Shown: in pieces, positions 25,680-38,559 of the stretch | Numbering within the stretch: position 1 is the first letter of the stretch | Layout: the number at the start of each line of letters is the position of its first letter | Assembly: GCA_000934665.2 (NCBI GenBank) | Contig: KZ538865.1 | Coordinates: 1-63,435, forward strand | Direction of reading: 5' to 3' | DNA length: 63,435 nucleotides | From: Catajapyx aquilonaris | Taxonomy: Eukaryota | Translations under genes and position numbers: made by a program | Notes under the pieces: generated by a model | Seen by the model: the letters and a program-made list of their open reading frames with translations, nothing else | Database searches by the model: none | What the model was told of the DNA's origin: nothing

Positions 25680-26732
25680 GGCAGCTAAGTACCGGAAATA
25701 CAGCTGTTAATATTAGCTGGATGTGGCTTTCAAATATTGTGATCCGCTGTGCTGACTGAAAAAGCGGCTAAATAATTCGTTATCTGCTGTGTCCAAGAGC
25801 CTGGCATGCGGCGCACTTAAGTTACATAAGGGGTTGTTTGCTGATGGACTTGGAGGGTTATGGGAAACGGCGAGTGTAGCCAACAAGGGTGTAAAAGAAA
25901 AAAGAGAGTGATGGTATAGAGGTCTGTTGGAGTGACCGGGTGACGGGTAAAGAATTCATCGAAGGATGAATAATGAACAGAGCCGTCCAATTCGGACGTG
26001 AGATAAGACCGGGCTTCCTCCAGGTGCCAATGTCTCTCTTTCCTTTTTGTTTTTTTATAAATCCACGGCGGATGCAGGGTTTCCCAACCATGAATCAATC
26101 ATGGTCCGATTTTTTTCCCCTCTTCACAAGCTTAAAATTTTCTCAAGTGGACGACAAGGCCATTTAGTGGACAGCTCTAAATGCGCATTTATGTCCGAAC
26201 GTCCCACCAACAAGGCCAGCTGTATGAACTGAAGGAGAAAAAAAAACAGCTATAGAAATGACCCCCATTTCATCAGGCAAACATAGGACTCGTATTTAGA
26301 CGCAATCCGGGCCGAAAATAGCAGTGTTTGCTACTGCTTTTTTTCAGCCCCATTCTAAAAAAGCGGTTACTTTATCACGGGAAGAAAAACAAACAGTGGT
26401 TATTGCTATTGCGGTTTTCGACCCCACTGGAATAAGCGGTGAATTTTAAGCTGCTATATTCTGAAAAGCGACTCAGTTAGGACCGATACAAGCAGACGTC
26501 GCCGCAGCTTTTTTCATCCCTATTCGAAAAAGCAGTTACTCGTAGATGTTACTTAATCCGAGGTATAAAACAACGCAGTGTTTTCTATTGCTATTTTCGA
26601 CCACTCTCGAAATAGCAGTGGATTTTCAGTTGTTACTTTCTGAAAAGCCGGGCCAGAACAAGCAGCCATCGCGTCGCTAGTGCATTTTTCGGCCCCATTT
26701 GAAGAATCAGTTATACTTGTAGGCGCTACTTT

Positions 26733-27287
26733 AGGTCACGGGGTGATAATGACGGATCTTGATGAAATTTAACATGCTAATACAGGACAATATAATGATA
26801 CCCAAAAATGAAATATTTCGTTCGGAGGCCCATATTTGCAAAAGTTATGACGTCTTAAAGATCCAAAAATAATACATTTTCATTCATAATGGGATTACAT
26901 TAGCGACCACATAATTATAATGACATTGAAGTGTGTAATCAGTTTCTACACTTTTTCTCATCGGGAAAAAGTCCTACAGAATTGCTCTGTCGGTCCGTCC
27001 GTCTGTGGACAGGTATCAAGGCCTAAACCGTAAGAGATACAGAGCCGTTATGTAGGACTTTTTCCGATGAGACAAAGTGTAGAAACTGATTACACACTTC
27101 AATGTGGTCATATATGTGGTCGCTAATGTAATCCCATATGAAAATGTGTTTTTTTTGGAACTTTAAGACGTCATAACTTTTGCATATATGGGCCTCCGCA
27201 TGAAATATTTTATTTTTGGGTATCATATATTGTCCTGTATTAGCATGTTGAATTTCATCAAGATCCGTCATTATCACCCTGTGACCT
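26733..27287. mobile_element. Foldback element with ~245-bp inverted arms, inserted in a tandem array
   Basis: aggtcacggggtgataatgacggatcttgatgaaatt... inverted at ...atcaagatccgtcattatcaccctgtgacct; the loop contains gtccgtccgtctgt. Confidence 0.8.
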
Positions 27288-28245
27288 TCCCTTGAGCAGG
27301 AAAAAAGCAGTCGTTGCTATTGCCTTATTTCAGACCTCAGTTGGAATAAGGATGAATTTGACCTGTTATTTCCTTAAAAGCTACTCAATCCGGGCCGAAG
27401 CAAGCAGTTGTCGCCACTGATTTTTTCGGCCCACTCGGAAAAGCAGTTACTTGAAGACGCTACTTTACCTGGAGTCGAAAAAAGCAGTTGAGATTATATT
27501 GATGGGGAATTTGTATTTGGTCGGCAAAGTGGCCATTGCTGCAGGCCGACCAACTTAATAAATCAATAAAGCCATTAAAACGAATGAATGATATTAATAT
27601 TTTTTCCGACCCCACTTTATAAAAAGCGGTGAATGTTAACTGTTACTTTCTGAGAAAAGGCTAAGTAATCAGAATGCGAAGTTTCCTTGTCAGACCTGAC
27701 AGGCCATATGTTACGGTTGGTGATGTCGAGCATATATATACACACAGGAGGTTTATAGGAAAGTCGAAAAGGTAGCGTGCAGGAGGGCTTGGCTTGGAAG
27801 TCAGGGTGGCGGGGGTGGGGTTGGGAGGGCAAAAGTGCAGCTCTTACTTAAGCTCTTATCAAGCTGATGGAAAGTCGTAGGAGTTTTTTCAACCCCCGGC
27901 CAATCTCCGCGTCGCAATTCCCTACCTCTTGTCGCAAAGTGCAAACCTGCCCGCAAGCAATTTGCTTTTTCTTCACTATTGAGGAAGGGGTGGTGGGGGG
28001 AGGGGTGGTGGGGGAAGAAGAAAAAAAAAGTCTGTAATAGTAGGACAACATGCCCTGTACTCTATCACAATTGAAGCTTGCAATGCATAAATAATTACAC
28101 ACCAAGTGAGCACAAAGGCACGACCCTTTCTAATCTGACAAAGTGACTCTTTTATAACCTGTCCACCCACCACCCACAGCTTCAGACAAAGATTTGCTGC
28201 CATGTTACCTCACGTATAGAAACGTAGGTTACATGCTCCAAAATA

Positions 28246-28560
28246 CAGGGTGTTTCAACATTTTTGTCCGAACAGTTATCGGAAAATTGCACGTAGTTGC
28301 TACTTTGTAAACAGTGACTTGCAACCGGTGATTTGTCGGGGAATGGGGAAAACGAGGGTCACACATCCGGTGACCTTCTTTTTTCCAGGCTTGACCTTCA
28401 ATTTTCAGCGGGCAGCATGTATGCCACTTCAACCTACTATTCGCAGGGAATATTCCCCGTTCCTCCAAAAAATCACCGTTTGCAAGTCACTGCTTATAAA
28501 GTAGCAGCTACAGTTGCAATTTTCCGATAACTGTTCGGACAAAAAAGTTGAAACACCCTA
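28246..28560. mobile_element. Tc1/mariner-type MITE family C
   Basis: TIR cagggtgtttcaacatttttgtccgaacagttatcggaaaattgca with its inverse at the right end; TA flanks. Confidence 0.8.
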
Positions 28561-28660
28561 TATAATCAGCCGATTAGACTGGTTTCTCCTACAATTTAAC
28601 TGGCAGTTGAGGCGTAACCACAGCTTAAACATTGATGGTCATAAACGTTGGAGAGAGGGA

Positions 28661-28709
<49 letters not shown>

Positions 28710-29269
28710 TTAGAATCATGATAACTGTGGCTCTGACTTCAGGAGTACCAACTCACAAATTCAAACACAAATTTATTGTTACTTTTTCTGGCACTCCTGG
28801 GCGTGCCAACCGGCAAGGTTATACAAGGCCTGCACGCAGCTATTTTCGGTGAGGTGGCCCGTCAGCAATCACGTAGCTATTCCTTTTTTTTCCACCGATA
28901 GTTGAACCCCCCCGCCCCCGCACGGAATACATGTAACAGTCAATAAATCATGCGTGACTTGGCTGGGGGTATGGCTTCTGTCAATATTATTGGGGAGAGG
29001 AGGTGGAGAGGAATAAGTTGATAGGACAAAAAAAAACACACGGTTCGATAAGTCCAACCCTTAGTGACCACCACGCTAAACACACGCCCTATGCGACAAG
29101 AGGTCAATCCCAAAGGTTCAGTGCACCAAAATTCACCGAAATTTCCCTAGGGAGGACCCCCCCGTTTCGCGCATCCACTCATTTAAGTAATGATACCGTG
29201 CGCAGTGTCTATACGTCAATCCTCTTTACTTAGTTACCTTTTCGCCCCCATGTATTACGCGACTACTTC

Positions 29270-30590
29270 CGATTAATAGTTATCAATGTAGCTGCTAATA
29301 TCGTTGCTGACATAAAGTGTGATGACAACCCTGTCAAACACCTTAAGTCAACTTTTTTCGGCTCCAAATTGATTGTTATTAGTAAGCAGTTACTTTCGAA
29401 CAGTTATTCTTAATAGTTATCACAGTAGCTGCTAATATCATGTCCCAGTGTCGAACCCTCGGTGGAACCCCCTTCTATCAGCTTTTTTTTGACACCAAAG
29501 CTTAAGGGGCTACTTCCGAAGAGCTACTTATAATAGTTACCAATGTAGCTGCTAATATTGTGGCTGTCAGTGCGTGTTGACATGTCCAACCCTGTCAGAC
29601 TCACCTTTTTTCGGTCCCAAATTTTATTTTTATTTAGCAATATTACTGTCGAACAGTTACTCTTACTATAGTTAACAAAGTAGCTGCTAATACAGGGTGG
29701 TCCAAGTTCAAGTGTCGTTTTATAACGGCGATTAATAGAAGCGCTTAACGATGACGTAGCAGCGACGTGTAAAATTGCCCACTTCGATGGCGCCGAAGAT
29801 GCGCCGAAGTGGGACATTTTACGCGTCGCTGCTACGTCATCGCAAAATCACTGCTATTAATCGCCGTTATAAAACCACACTTGAACTTGGACCACCCTGT
29901 ATAATGTCCCAGTGTCAAATCCCTTTAGTCAGCTTTTTCCGGCCTCATATATTATTAAGCAGCTACTGTCGAACAGTTATTACTCTTACTAGTTAACAAA
30001 GTAGCTGCTAATATCCACAGGTGGTCACAGCTAACTTTCGATAACAGCTAACTTGCTCAGCAAAAACCGTGGATATCACCAAATCGTTAATGCTTAACAG
30101 ATCTAGAAAGGTTAGGGGACCCCCCCCCCCCTAATCATTCTAGCGGTTTATCATTAGCAATTTAGCTCCGCCCACGGTTTACTAACCGAATTAGCTGTTA
30201 GCGGAAGTTAGCTGAGCTAAAAACTCTGTTATGCTCTGCTAATATCATGTCTCAGTGTCAAATACCTTTGGTCAGCTTTTTCCGGCCTCATACACATTAT
30301 TAATCATTACTTTTAATAGTTATCAATTTAGGCGCGAATATTGTGGCTGGCAATGTGAGTGTGTTGGAAACCCTGTCAAATGGCTTTAGTCCTATTTTTC
30401 GCCCCACCCCCCCCAACCTTGTTAAGCAGGTACTTTTGAACAGTTACATTTATTAGTTATCGAAGTAGCGGCTAATATTATGTGGCTCAATGTCAAACCG
30501 TTTTAGTAAAAAAATTTTCGGCCCCAAATTATTAAGCAGTTACTTCCGAGCAGTTCTAAGACTACCAACGTAGCTGATAATAATTATGTG
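29270..30590. repeat. Degenerate ~120-140-bp tandem array
   Basis: gtagctgctaatat...ttttttcgg...aagcagttact..cgaacagtta repeated. Confidence 0.72.
29693..29899. mobile_element. MITE family A copy, opposite orientation, inserted in a tandem repeat
   Basis: Same TIRs, 207 bp, TA flanks; a neighbouring repeat unit shows the empty site gctaaTAtcatgtcc. Confidence 0.88.
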
Positions 30591-31375
30591 GTTCGAGTTT
30601 TTATTTTTTATTTTATTTTATTTTGAGTACCCAGTGATAACCCTTATTTAGGGGTCCGTTGTTCAACATGTGGCAACACTGTCTTTTTAGTGGGCCAGTT
30701 TAGGAACGGGTTCGGCGGCGTAGTGGACCGAAGTTGGACCAAGTCCAATTTACAGATACTGTGTAAATGGGTTTTTCCAACCAATCAGATCTCGCCGTGT
30801 GCGTTTGCAAATTTTATTGCAGCATAAAAAATGGCGCATTTTTTTTGCGAGTCGTATTACAATACCCCCACGATAATAATAATGTTGGCAAAACCAGGTT
30901 TTGACATGATGAGTGGCCCATAATCCCTATCCGAAATGTCCTTATAAAAAATGAAAGCTTATCTATCAGCCGGGGGGCCAATAGATAGATCTCCCCCTCA
31001 TGTAATGTAATGTAATGTAATGTAATGTAATGTAATGTAATGTAATGTATAGGGAACCAGTCATACGCGTACCATTTCCGATGACGTCACTCTCCATTCA
31101 GTGGGAGTGTGGGACTGACCTTTCACCATAATTTTGTTTACTCTTTCAGCTCAAAATAGCGCAAAAATTTTGATTCCATTTTTAAATCTATACAAGGTTG
31201 ACTCGGCCATCATTGGGCTTGGTTTCTCCAACCGATTTTAACCGGCAGTTAAAGTGCCAGTTAGTTAAACTACAGTTATAGGTAGTAAACAGTCAGTTAG
31301 GAAGTCGTTGGAGAAACTCTTCACGTGTAATGCAATCTATTCGTAGAAACGTACTTATTTATTTATTTATTTTAC

Positions 31376-31477
31376 CCCGTGATAGGCATGGTAGGCATGA
31401 TGACAAGGGTGGCCACGTGAATGGTGTCTTTCAGGCTGTGTTGCCAAGTTGGCTGCTTCAAATCCCAGCTTGGACGA
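31376..31477 (-). CDS. Candidate alternative 102-nt NCKX cassette exon (SSKLGFEAANLATQPERHHSRGHPCHHAYHAYHG)
   Basis: CTGAC branch-like motif, pyrimidine tract ccttttccttttcctcaacacctccag, open 34-codon frame, donor GGG|GTAAAA; phase 0-0 fits the flanking exons; no homology evidence. Confidence 0.5.
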
Positions 31478-34400
31478 CTGGAGGTGTTGAGGAAAAGGAA
31501 AAGGTCACGTGTCAGATAGTGGGTGTGATCGGGGCAAAGCGGGTGGGCATTATTAATGAGGCCCTCAAAAGCTGCCTTATATACGAGCCAATCGATGGTT
31601 GGCTGGTTGGTTGGGGAGTGAGGGTGGATGGAATAAAGCGGGCGCCTCCTCCTGTTATACAGCTGGTGGTATAAGCCGTGGCGCACTCCGGATCTATAAT
31701 TCATGGCCAATTAGAATCAGGGCTAAAGTCCCCAAGGGCACCCTCTCTCTTATCTGCTGGAGGGACGTCCACTATCCCAGCGTCCGGGACACGTCCCGCA
31801 CGTGTGCTGCCTCCCCCCCCCCTCCTTACACCGCCTGGCTGTCAATGAGGAACCGACATCACACCCGGAATTTTCATGCTTCAAAGTTGCATGATTTGAC
31901 AACAAATCAGCTCCATCCAACAAACGACTGACATTAAGGGCACACTTATGATGGCCTCTTCCATTTATTCGCCATTCTCATGAAACTTGTCTATAGTTGA
32001 AAGCCCTCTCACTTGAAAGCTTCATCCACCATCATCTCCGGGTGTGCCATTGATTGTTGTGTAAGAATCCGGTGCAAAAGGTCAGGTATAGTAAGAAGCA
32101 GCGTGGGTTTACTGTACGACATCTAGTCCAATTTAGTACCGGAAACGTGGCCGGAAGTTACCAATATAACCAGTAAGACGATCGCAAGTTCCAACAAAAA
32201 AATAATAATTATGGACTATAAATAATTCGCGGATTCGTGTTCCAATACAAGTGTCTACAGCGATTGTTAAATTGCTTATTTTTGAATCAGCTATAGTTAG
32301 ACGCTATAAAAATATTGCGATAAGAATAGGAAGGATAAATGGCTTACTTTAAGACGTAAAGAAATGACGTCAATGGTTGCACTTTACGCAATCTACGAAT
32401 TGGCTAAATATTCATCCTGTGATACTAGCAGCTATTTTGATTACTGATAAAAGCAGCTGCTTGAATATAACTGCTTAAAGTAAGCCGCTAAAAGCAACCG
32501 CCTATCATATGTACGAAAACGGCGACCGAATTAATGGACCTTTATGGTTAACATCATTTTAGAGGGTTACTAATTAACTTGCAATTAATTTTGGTGATTT
32601 GGTTGAAGCTGCAACTTCCGCGTACACTTCCGGTGCAATATTTGCTTCTCAATGTGCGCAGTGCAATTTTTTTTGTTTAATTGTCGCATGACTGTATACA
32701 CTGCAATGGATACTGATGCGCCTTATACATTCTGAACAGTACGACATTTATTTTTATTTTTATTTTTCGCAAACTTTTTTCGCCACGACATTTAGGCGAT
32801 ACGAGGTTGCCAAGCCTCCTCGTTTCCCTTGGATATAGTGTCCGGCACAGAGCTATATGCGAACCCCCTGGCATAAGTGCGGCGCTTCATTATGTTGGGC
32901 TGCGGTACTATGTACTCATGCAACTCGCAATGGGAGGGAAAACTGGGTGGGTAATTAGCGCTTTGACGGATGATTAACCGATGAGGGTTAGAGCCCCCCC
33001 TCAGAGTTATCCTGACCCACTAAACAGAGCTCGAGTGTTGATTGCATCAACCACCAGTTTACTCTAATTGCTGGCCTTCTTGCTCGAAAATGTACGGGGC
33101 TCTCCGGAGCAAAGACTGCAGCGGAAGTTGGACCGGAAGTTGCGCCAGAACCAATCAGAGAAAGGGTAAACTTGGATCTCCTTCACGATTGGCTCTCGCA
33201 GAATTTACGATCATACTTAAATATTGCATCTAGAAAGTCTGTTCTTAACCATTTACCTTCTCTAGAGAGGGTAAATGGTTAAGAGTGTACATTGGCACCC
33301 TTGCTAAACTGAATGTAATTTAGATGCGAAGTAAAAATAACAAATTAACATGAAATAAATATGAATATAATTATTTGATGAAAGTGAAGAATACATCTCT
33401 GAAGCAAAGACAGTGAAAATAAATTACAAATTAAAATGTAACGACGATAAAATAACGATTAATCAATGTTAAATATTATATGAAACATCATGAAATGAAA
33501 TGAAGAGATTAATATTGAATACAGTATGTACAGAAAATTAATTCCCCGTATAATATTTGTAAAATATTAATAACAGTTTTCCCGCCAATCAGGGATTGGC
33601 CAAAACCAGGTTTTCACACTTTCGAGTCCATGTTTTTCTCCTGAAGTTTTGGGCCATGACCCGTGATTTTTGACCCCCCCCCCCCCCNNNNNNNNNNNNN
33701 NNNNNNNNNNNNNNNNNNNNNNNNNNNNNNNNNNNNNNNNNNNNNNNNNNNNNNNNNNNNNNNNNNNNNNNNNNNNNCCCCCCCCCCCCCTCACGTATCC
33801 TAACAGCGTAGGAAAAAAATATATATATATATATCGGAAGGGTGCATGGGGAGGGGGGGTTGCTCCCCCCGGAAGAACAACCCCCCCCCCCCCCTTTCAG
33901 TGTACCCCCCTATACCACCGAAGTCACGCCAAGGGCACCGTGGACCATCGATCCACGTCCAGGAGGGGATTGTATTGTGTGGGCCAAGAAAAAGGAACCC
34001 CCCCTCCAACACAGCAGGAAGGTACTACCTGCCCTTTTGCACCGGATTCCTACAACAATCAATGGCACACTCGGAGATCCTGGACAGAATCAGACTGTTT
34101 CAAATGGAGGGGGGCAGGGAAAAGTAGGGCAAGGTTTCTAGGGGAACTCCGTTTCGATTTTTGGGGGGGCTTTTGGGACCACAAATGGGGGATATGATAT
34201 AATCATGATTCAAGAGCGGTACTGTCAAATGTGGGTGTATTATGTATTCATGGTCGGGTCAGAATTAAGGAAGGCCCCTGGAGGTCACGCCCTCAGGGGC
34301 ACACGGTTATCACACTACTAATCCCCTTATTCTGTCCTTCCGCTTATATGTCCGTGTTGACTCATAGCCGTAGTTTTCACTTTCTGCGTTCAACAATTAG

Positions 34401-35829
34401 ATGACATTTAGCGGTCAGAGAGGGTAGGACCCACTTCAACGGAGGCGAGACACGCGCTGTGTATAGCACCCTGGTGGACTTTGTCCGCGCGGTGACTCAT
34501 CACCAACGTGCATGCTCCCTGAGAGTGGCAGGTGGAGTGTGCTGAGGGACAGCCTATGTACTACTTCCAAGTGTTCTTGTCTTCAATGTGGTCTGGGGAC
34601 GGAAACAGGTGTGTTACTGTAACTCTAGGGACGTTGACCCAATTGTGGGGACATTTTCGGTCCCCACAGTTTAACCCACGAGAATATCACCGTTACAGTG
34701 GGGACATGTCCCCACTATTTCGTTTTGCAGGGTTTCACAAAAGTCCATTTCTCTCAGCCTGGGTTAGTTAGGGTAGGGTAGGTTAGGTTAGGTTAGGTTA
34801 GGTTAGGTTACACTCGCTACGAAAAGTTCAGTTTCCACGTCCCCACACCTTAGTGAAGACAGGTCTGTTTGTTTGTGTGGAGGGAGGCGGGCAAGCAGTG
34901 TTTCCAAAATTTGTCAACGAGTCCTCTACTAGTAACCTTAGATTAGCGATAAATATGGCAACACTGTCCAGCCCGATTTCCACTTGAAGGTAGTACGATA
35001 AGCCACAACCAGATGGCGCGCACTAGTACCACTATCACGATCGTGCTGATGACTAACCTCGGACAAACAGACGAATTGCGAATTCCTGTACGTTCGTGTA
35101 TAATTTTAAACACCCCGTTTAAGTTGACGTCTCTGAATTGGACCCGTTGTGTTTAAGTAACACAGGACGATTATGGTGTTGAACTAATGGGGCAATAACG
35201 AACCTCATTATTCGCATGTCGATGCACATTGAGGTCGATGCACCTCCAACGCGCATTGTGTAGCATAACCTTTTTGTCGTCTGGCTAGTTTTTAAGCTTC
35301 CGACTAAAGTTCCGCTTCACCCATTAGCCGCTGTATATAATTTTTTTTTAAAAAAAGAGAGAGGTCCGGCTCTGACCGGCCATTAGTGGAAAAGCCATTT
35401 CTGCAGCAGGCACTTGAAAGAAAGAAGAAAAAAAATGGTGCTTCGGACAAGGAATTACAGGGGACTGTAACGGCTGTTGTCTCTTCCAGAACAGGACACG
35501 GCGCACGTGACAAATCAAGGACCCGGGTTTCTTTATCGCGACACTTAATCAATGTTGCATGCCCCCCCCCCCCCCCCNCCTCGGTGCTTGGAGGGAATTC
35601 GCAAAGGTTGTTCAGGCTTAACTCCCTGTTTAAACCACGATTACAGCTACAACACCCACTCCAGACCAATATGACTCTTAATTCTACGATTAAACTACAG
35701 TTAACTGCTAACCGAGTGCGCACCCACACTCACGCAGCTCTACTGTTGCGAAAACGTTGCCAGTTGCTCCTCAGGACTACACTCGCAGCCTCTGAGACAT
35801 TGGCAACGTCGTAAACGCCAACCATTTAG

Positions 35830-36158
35830 TAGGGCTGTGCGATATTTCGATATATCGACTGTCGATACGATATTTTCCTAATATCGAAGTTGCGATATCC
35901 AACGCTTGGCATGTACGATATATCGAATATCGGTTTTCGATATTTTTCGATGTCGGTTCGATGTCGGTTTTCGATATTTTTTCGATGTCGGTTTTCGGTT
36001 TTTTTCGATGTCGGTTCGATGTCGGTTTTCGATATTTTTCCATATTTTTCGATGTCGATTTTCGATGTCGTTTTTTCGATTTTCGATATATCGACATCGA
36101 TTCGATATTTTTTAAGTATCGAAAGTCGATATGTAATTTCGGATATCGCACAGCTCTA
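35830..36158. mobile_element. hAT-like MITE with tcgat-rich interior, nested in a family G MITE
   Basis: TIR tagggctgtgcgatat / atatcgcacagctcta; flanking direct repeat catttag(t). Confidence 0.75.
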
Positions 36159-37923
36159 CATTTAGTTCCCCCACCAAACGTAGCGTTGGAAATAAGTACA
36201 TCTCAGTGCACCCACTATGCAGCTCTCATTAGATCCAACCGTGCATGCTGCACGAACTGTGTTGCGCACTCGGTTGGGCTAGTGCAATCGGCCGTTTAAC
36301 ACTAAGCAGGTTTATAGAAACATGCGTCTTTTTTTGGATCCGAATTTGTGTCTATTATTTCCAAACCTCTTTGAACCGAATCCAATGGGGGAATCAGCTC
36401 CGACTTGATCTCCCTTTTCGAGGTTCACCAGAAACCCGCAGTTTAAAGCTGCTTCGCTATAAGCAGACCCTGTTAAAGGTTGCGGGTTGGTGAAAAGCCG
36501 CGGCTTATCTTCTCTCTCTCTCCCCCAGCCTTTTGCTATAGTGTGGCCCCCAAAATGGCCAGGATTTTGTACTTTGTCACGTCAAACAGAACATAAGGCG
36601 ATTATATTTAAAAAAGTTGTAGTCGACACACAGTCTACAGGGTGAATCCAACGGGAACTGATAAGCGGCGATTTTCATTTTAGACGCTACCGGGCTGGAT
36701 GTAACATAGCGTTTAAATTCAATATGGCGGACATGAGGTATTCGATTCACAAATTTATGATTTTAAAGCAACATTTTATACATTTATTACTCGCAATTTT
36801 TGTTGGCTATAGCGTTGACTATCGGCTCCAAAAAAAATCGTCGTTAATAACTACACTGTTTTTTTTGCGAATAAATGGCAACAAGTTGTTGCCTACAGTT
36901 TAATTTTTTCCCGTAATTATGATTGGTTCACATGCTAGGCAAATCCCTTTTGGCAACTACTGATTTTTAAAAATTCTAGCTAGTTTTGCACCACTGGGAA
37001 GATGGGATTTATGACTCGATTCCCATTAGGCCCGGTTTTACACACACACACACACACAAAAAAAATCTCGATAATTCGATTAAAAACCGCGTAATTTTTC
37101 CCTGTAAAAGTCCGCGAATTCAAACCGAACAGCGTTGCCAATTCGCTAACAGCCAGAAAAACCTGTCAGCTACTGCAGCAAAAAAAAAAGATCGGCAGTT
37201 AAATTTTAACTGTTAGTTAAAACTGTATGTTAGATGAATTTACGGTTGATTTAATTTTTCTCTTAACCTAACCTAACATCATAACCTAGCATGACCTGAC
37301 CTGACCTACCTAACCTAACCTAACCTAACCTAACCTAACCTAACCTAACCTAACCTGAGCTAACCTCCCACTCACACATGTTGTGGTCGGATCGTGTCCA
37401 ATCCGTTCCGTTCCGTTTATGCCCTGATGGCGTCACCAGCGCCATCTTTATCGCAGCTATAATTACGACCATAACTCTTTAGACTGAAGAGCGGCGTGAA
37501 ACTGGAGCAGCTGCGAGAAATAGCAGCGATTGTCATTAGAGCAAGCGGAGCGTGAAAAGCGGTTTTCATAAACAGCGCCTAAGTGGCGGGAAATTGCGGC
37601 TATGGCTTCATCAGCTTTGTACTCTAGGAGAGGTGGGGAAGGGGGGAGGGAAGGGAAATAATTAGTTCCCATTGGCCCACTCGCCTAATTATTTGAGCCT
37701 CCTACTGACCTAACTCATATAGTCCTTTCAAAATGCTGTAGTCCCTTTTGTTTCATAAAGCCCATTTCATCAACACTCCAGAACTAATACGCTGCTTATT
37801 TTCAATTAGCAACTTACGAAACTGTTATAGGCACAAGTCACGATATAAATAATAAGCTGCTAATTTGTTTAAATATTGTAGCTAATTGCAAAAAAATATT
37901 ATCGGTCGAGTCACGATAACTAT

Positions 37924-38256
37924 CGGCGCAATCGAAGTGGGCAATTTTACACGTCGCTGCTACGTCATCGTTAAGCGCTTCTATTAATCGCCGTTATAAA
38001 ATGACACTTGAACTTGGACCACACTTCGATTGCGCCGAAGATGCGCCGAAGGGGGACATTTTACGCGTCGCTGCTAGGTCATCGCAAAATCACTGCTATT
38101 AATCGCCGTTATAAAATGACACTTGAACTTGGACCACACTTCGATTGCGCCGAAGATGCGCCGAAGGGGGACATTTTACGCGTCGCTGCTAGGTCATCGC
38201 AAAATCACTGCTATTAATCGCCGTTATAAAACGACACTTGAACTTGGACCACCCTG
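37924..38256. mobile_element. Rearranged MITE family A copy with a 115-bp internal tandem duplication
   Basis: Three same-direction copies of the TIR; 115-bp period (38008 vs 38123); only the right end caccctg-TA is intact. Confidence 0.8.
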
Positions 38257-38329
38257 TATAAGCTGCTTACTTTCAATTAGCAACTTACGAGTGTTATCGA
38301 CTTACGTCACTACTAATAAGCTGCTTATA

Positions 38330-38543
38330 CAGGGTGTCTCAGCTTTTTTTGTCCGAGCAGTTATCGGAAAAGCCTATGTATCTTCTAGCGATGTAGCCAG
38401 AATATGCCCCCAACATTCCTGGCACACATCCCTCAACTGATAAAGCCAGCGAAGCATCACTGGTTGCAAGTCACTGCTAAAAAATAAGCAGCTTAGTGCA
38501 ATATTTCCGATAATTGTTCGGACAAAAAAGTTGAGACACCCTG
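38330..38543. mobile_element. Tc1/mariner-type MITE family C, second copy
   Basis: TA-cagggtgtctcagc...gttgagacaccctg-TA; TIR related to the 28246 copy, different interior. Confidence 0.78.
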
Positions 38544-38559
38544 TATATATTCGATTGGC

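Noticed and set aside
24994..27490. Additional AG|GT recursive-site candidates at 25000/24999 and 27469/27468 (minus strand)
   Set aside because: Donor halves (GTAACC, GTAAAG) are weak, and one lies inside a tandem repeat; expected by chance in 27 kb
35777..36299. K/R/F-rich ORFs of 90-124 aa
   Set aside because: Translations of the tcgat-repeat interior of a non-coding MITE
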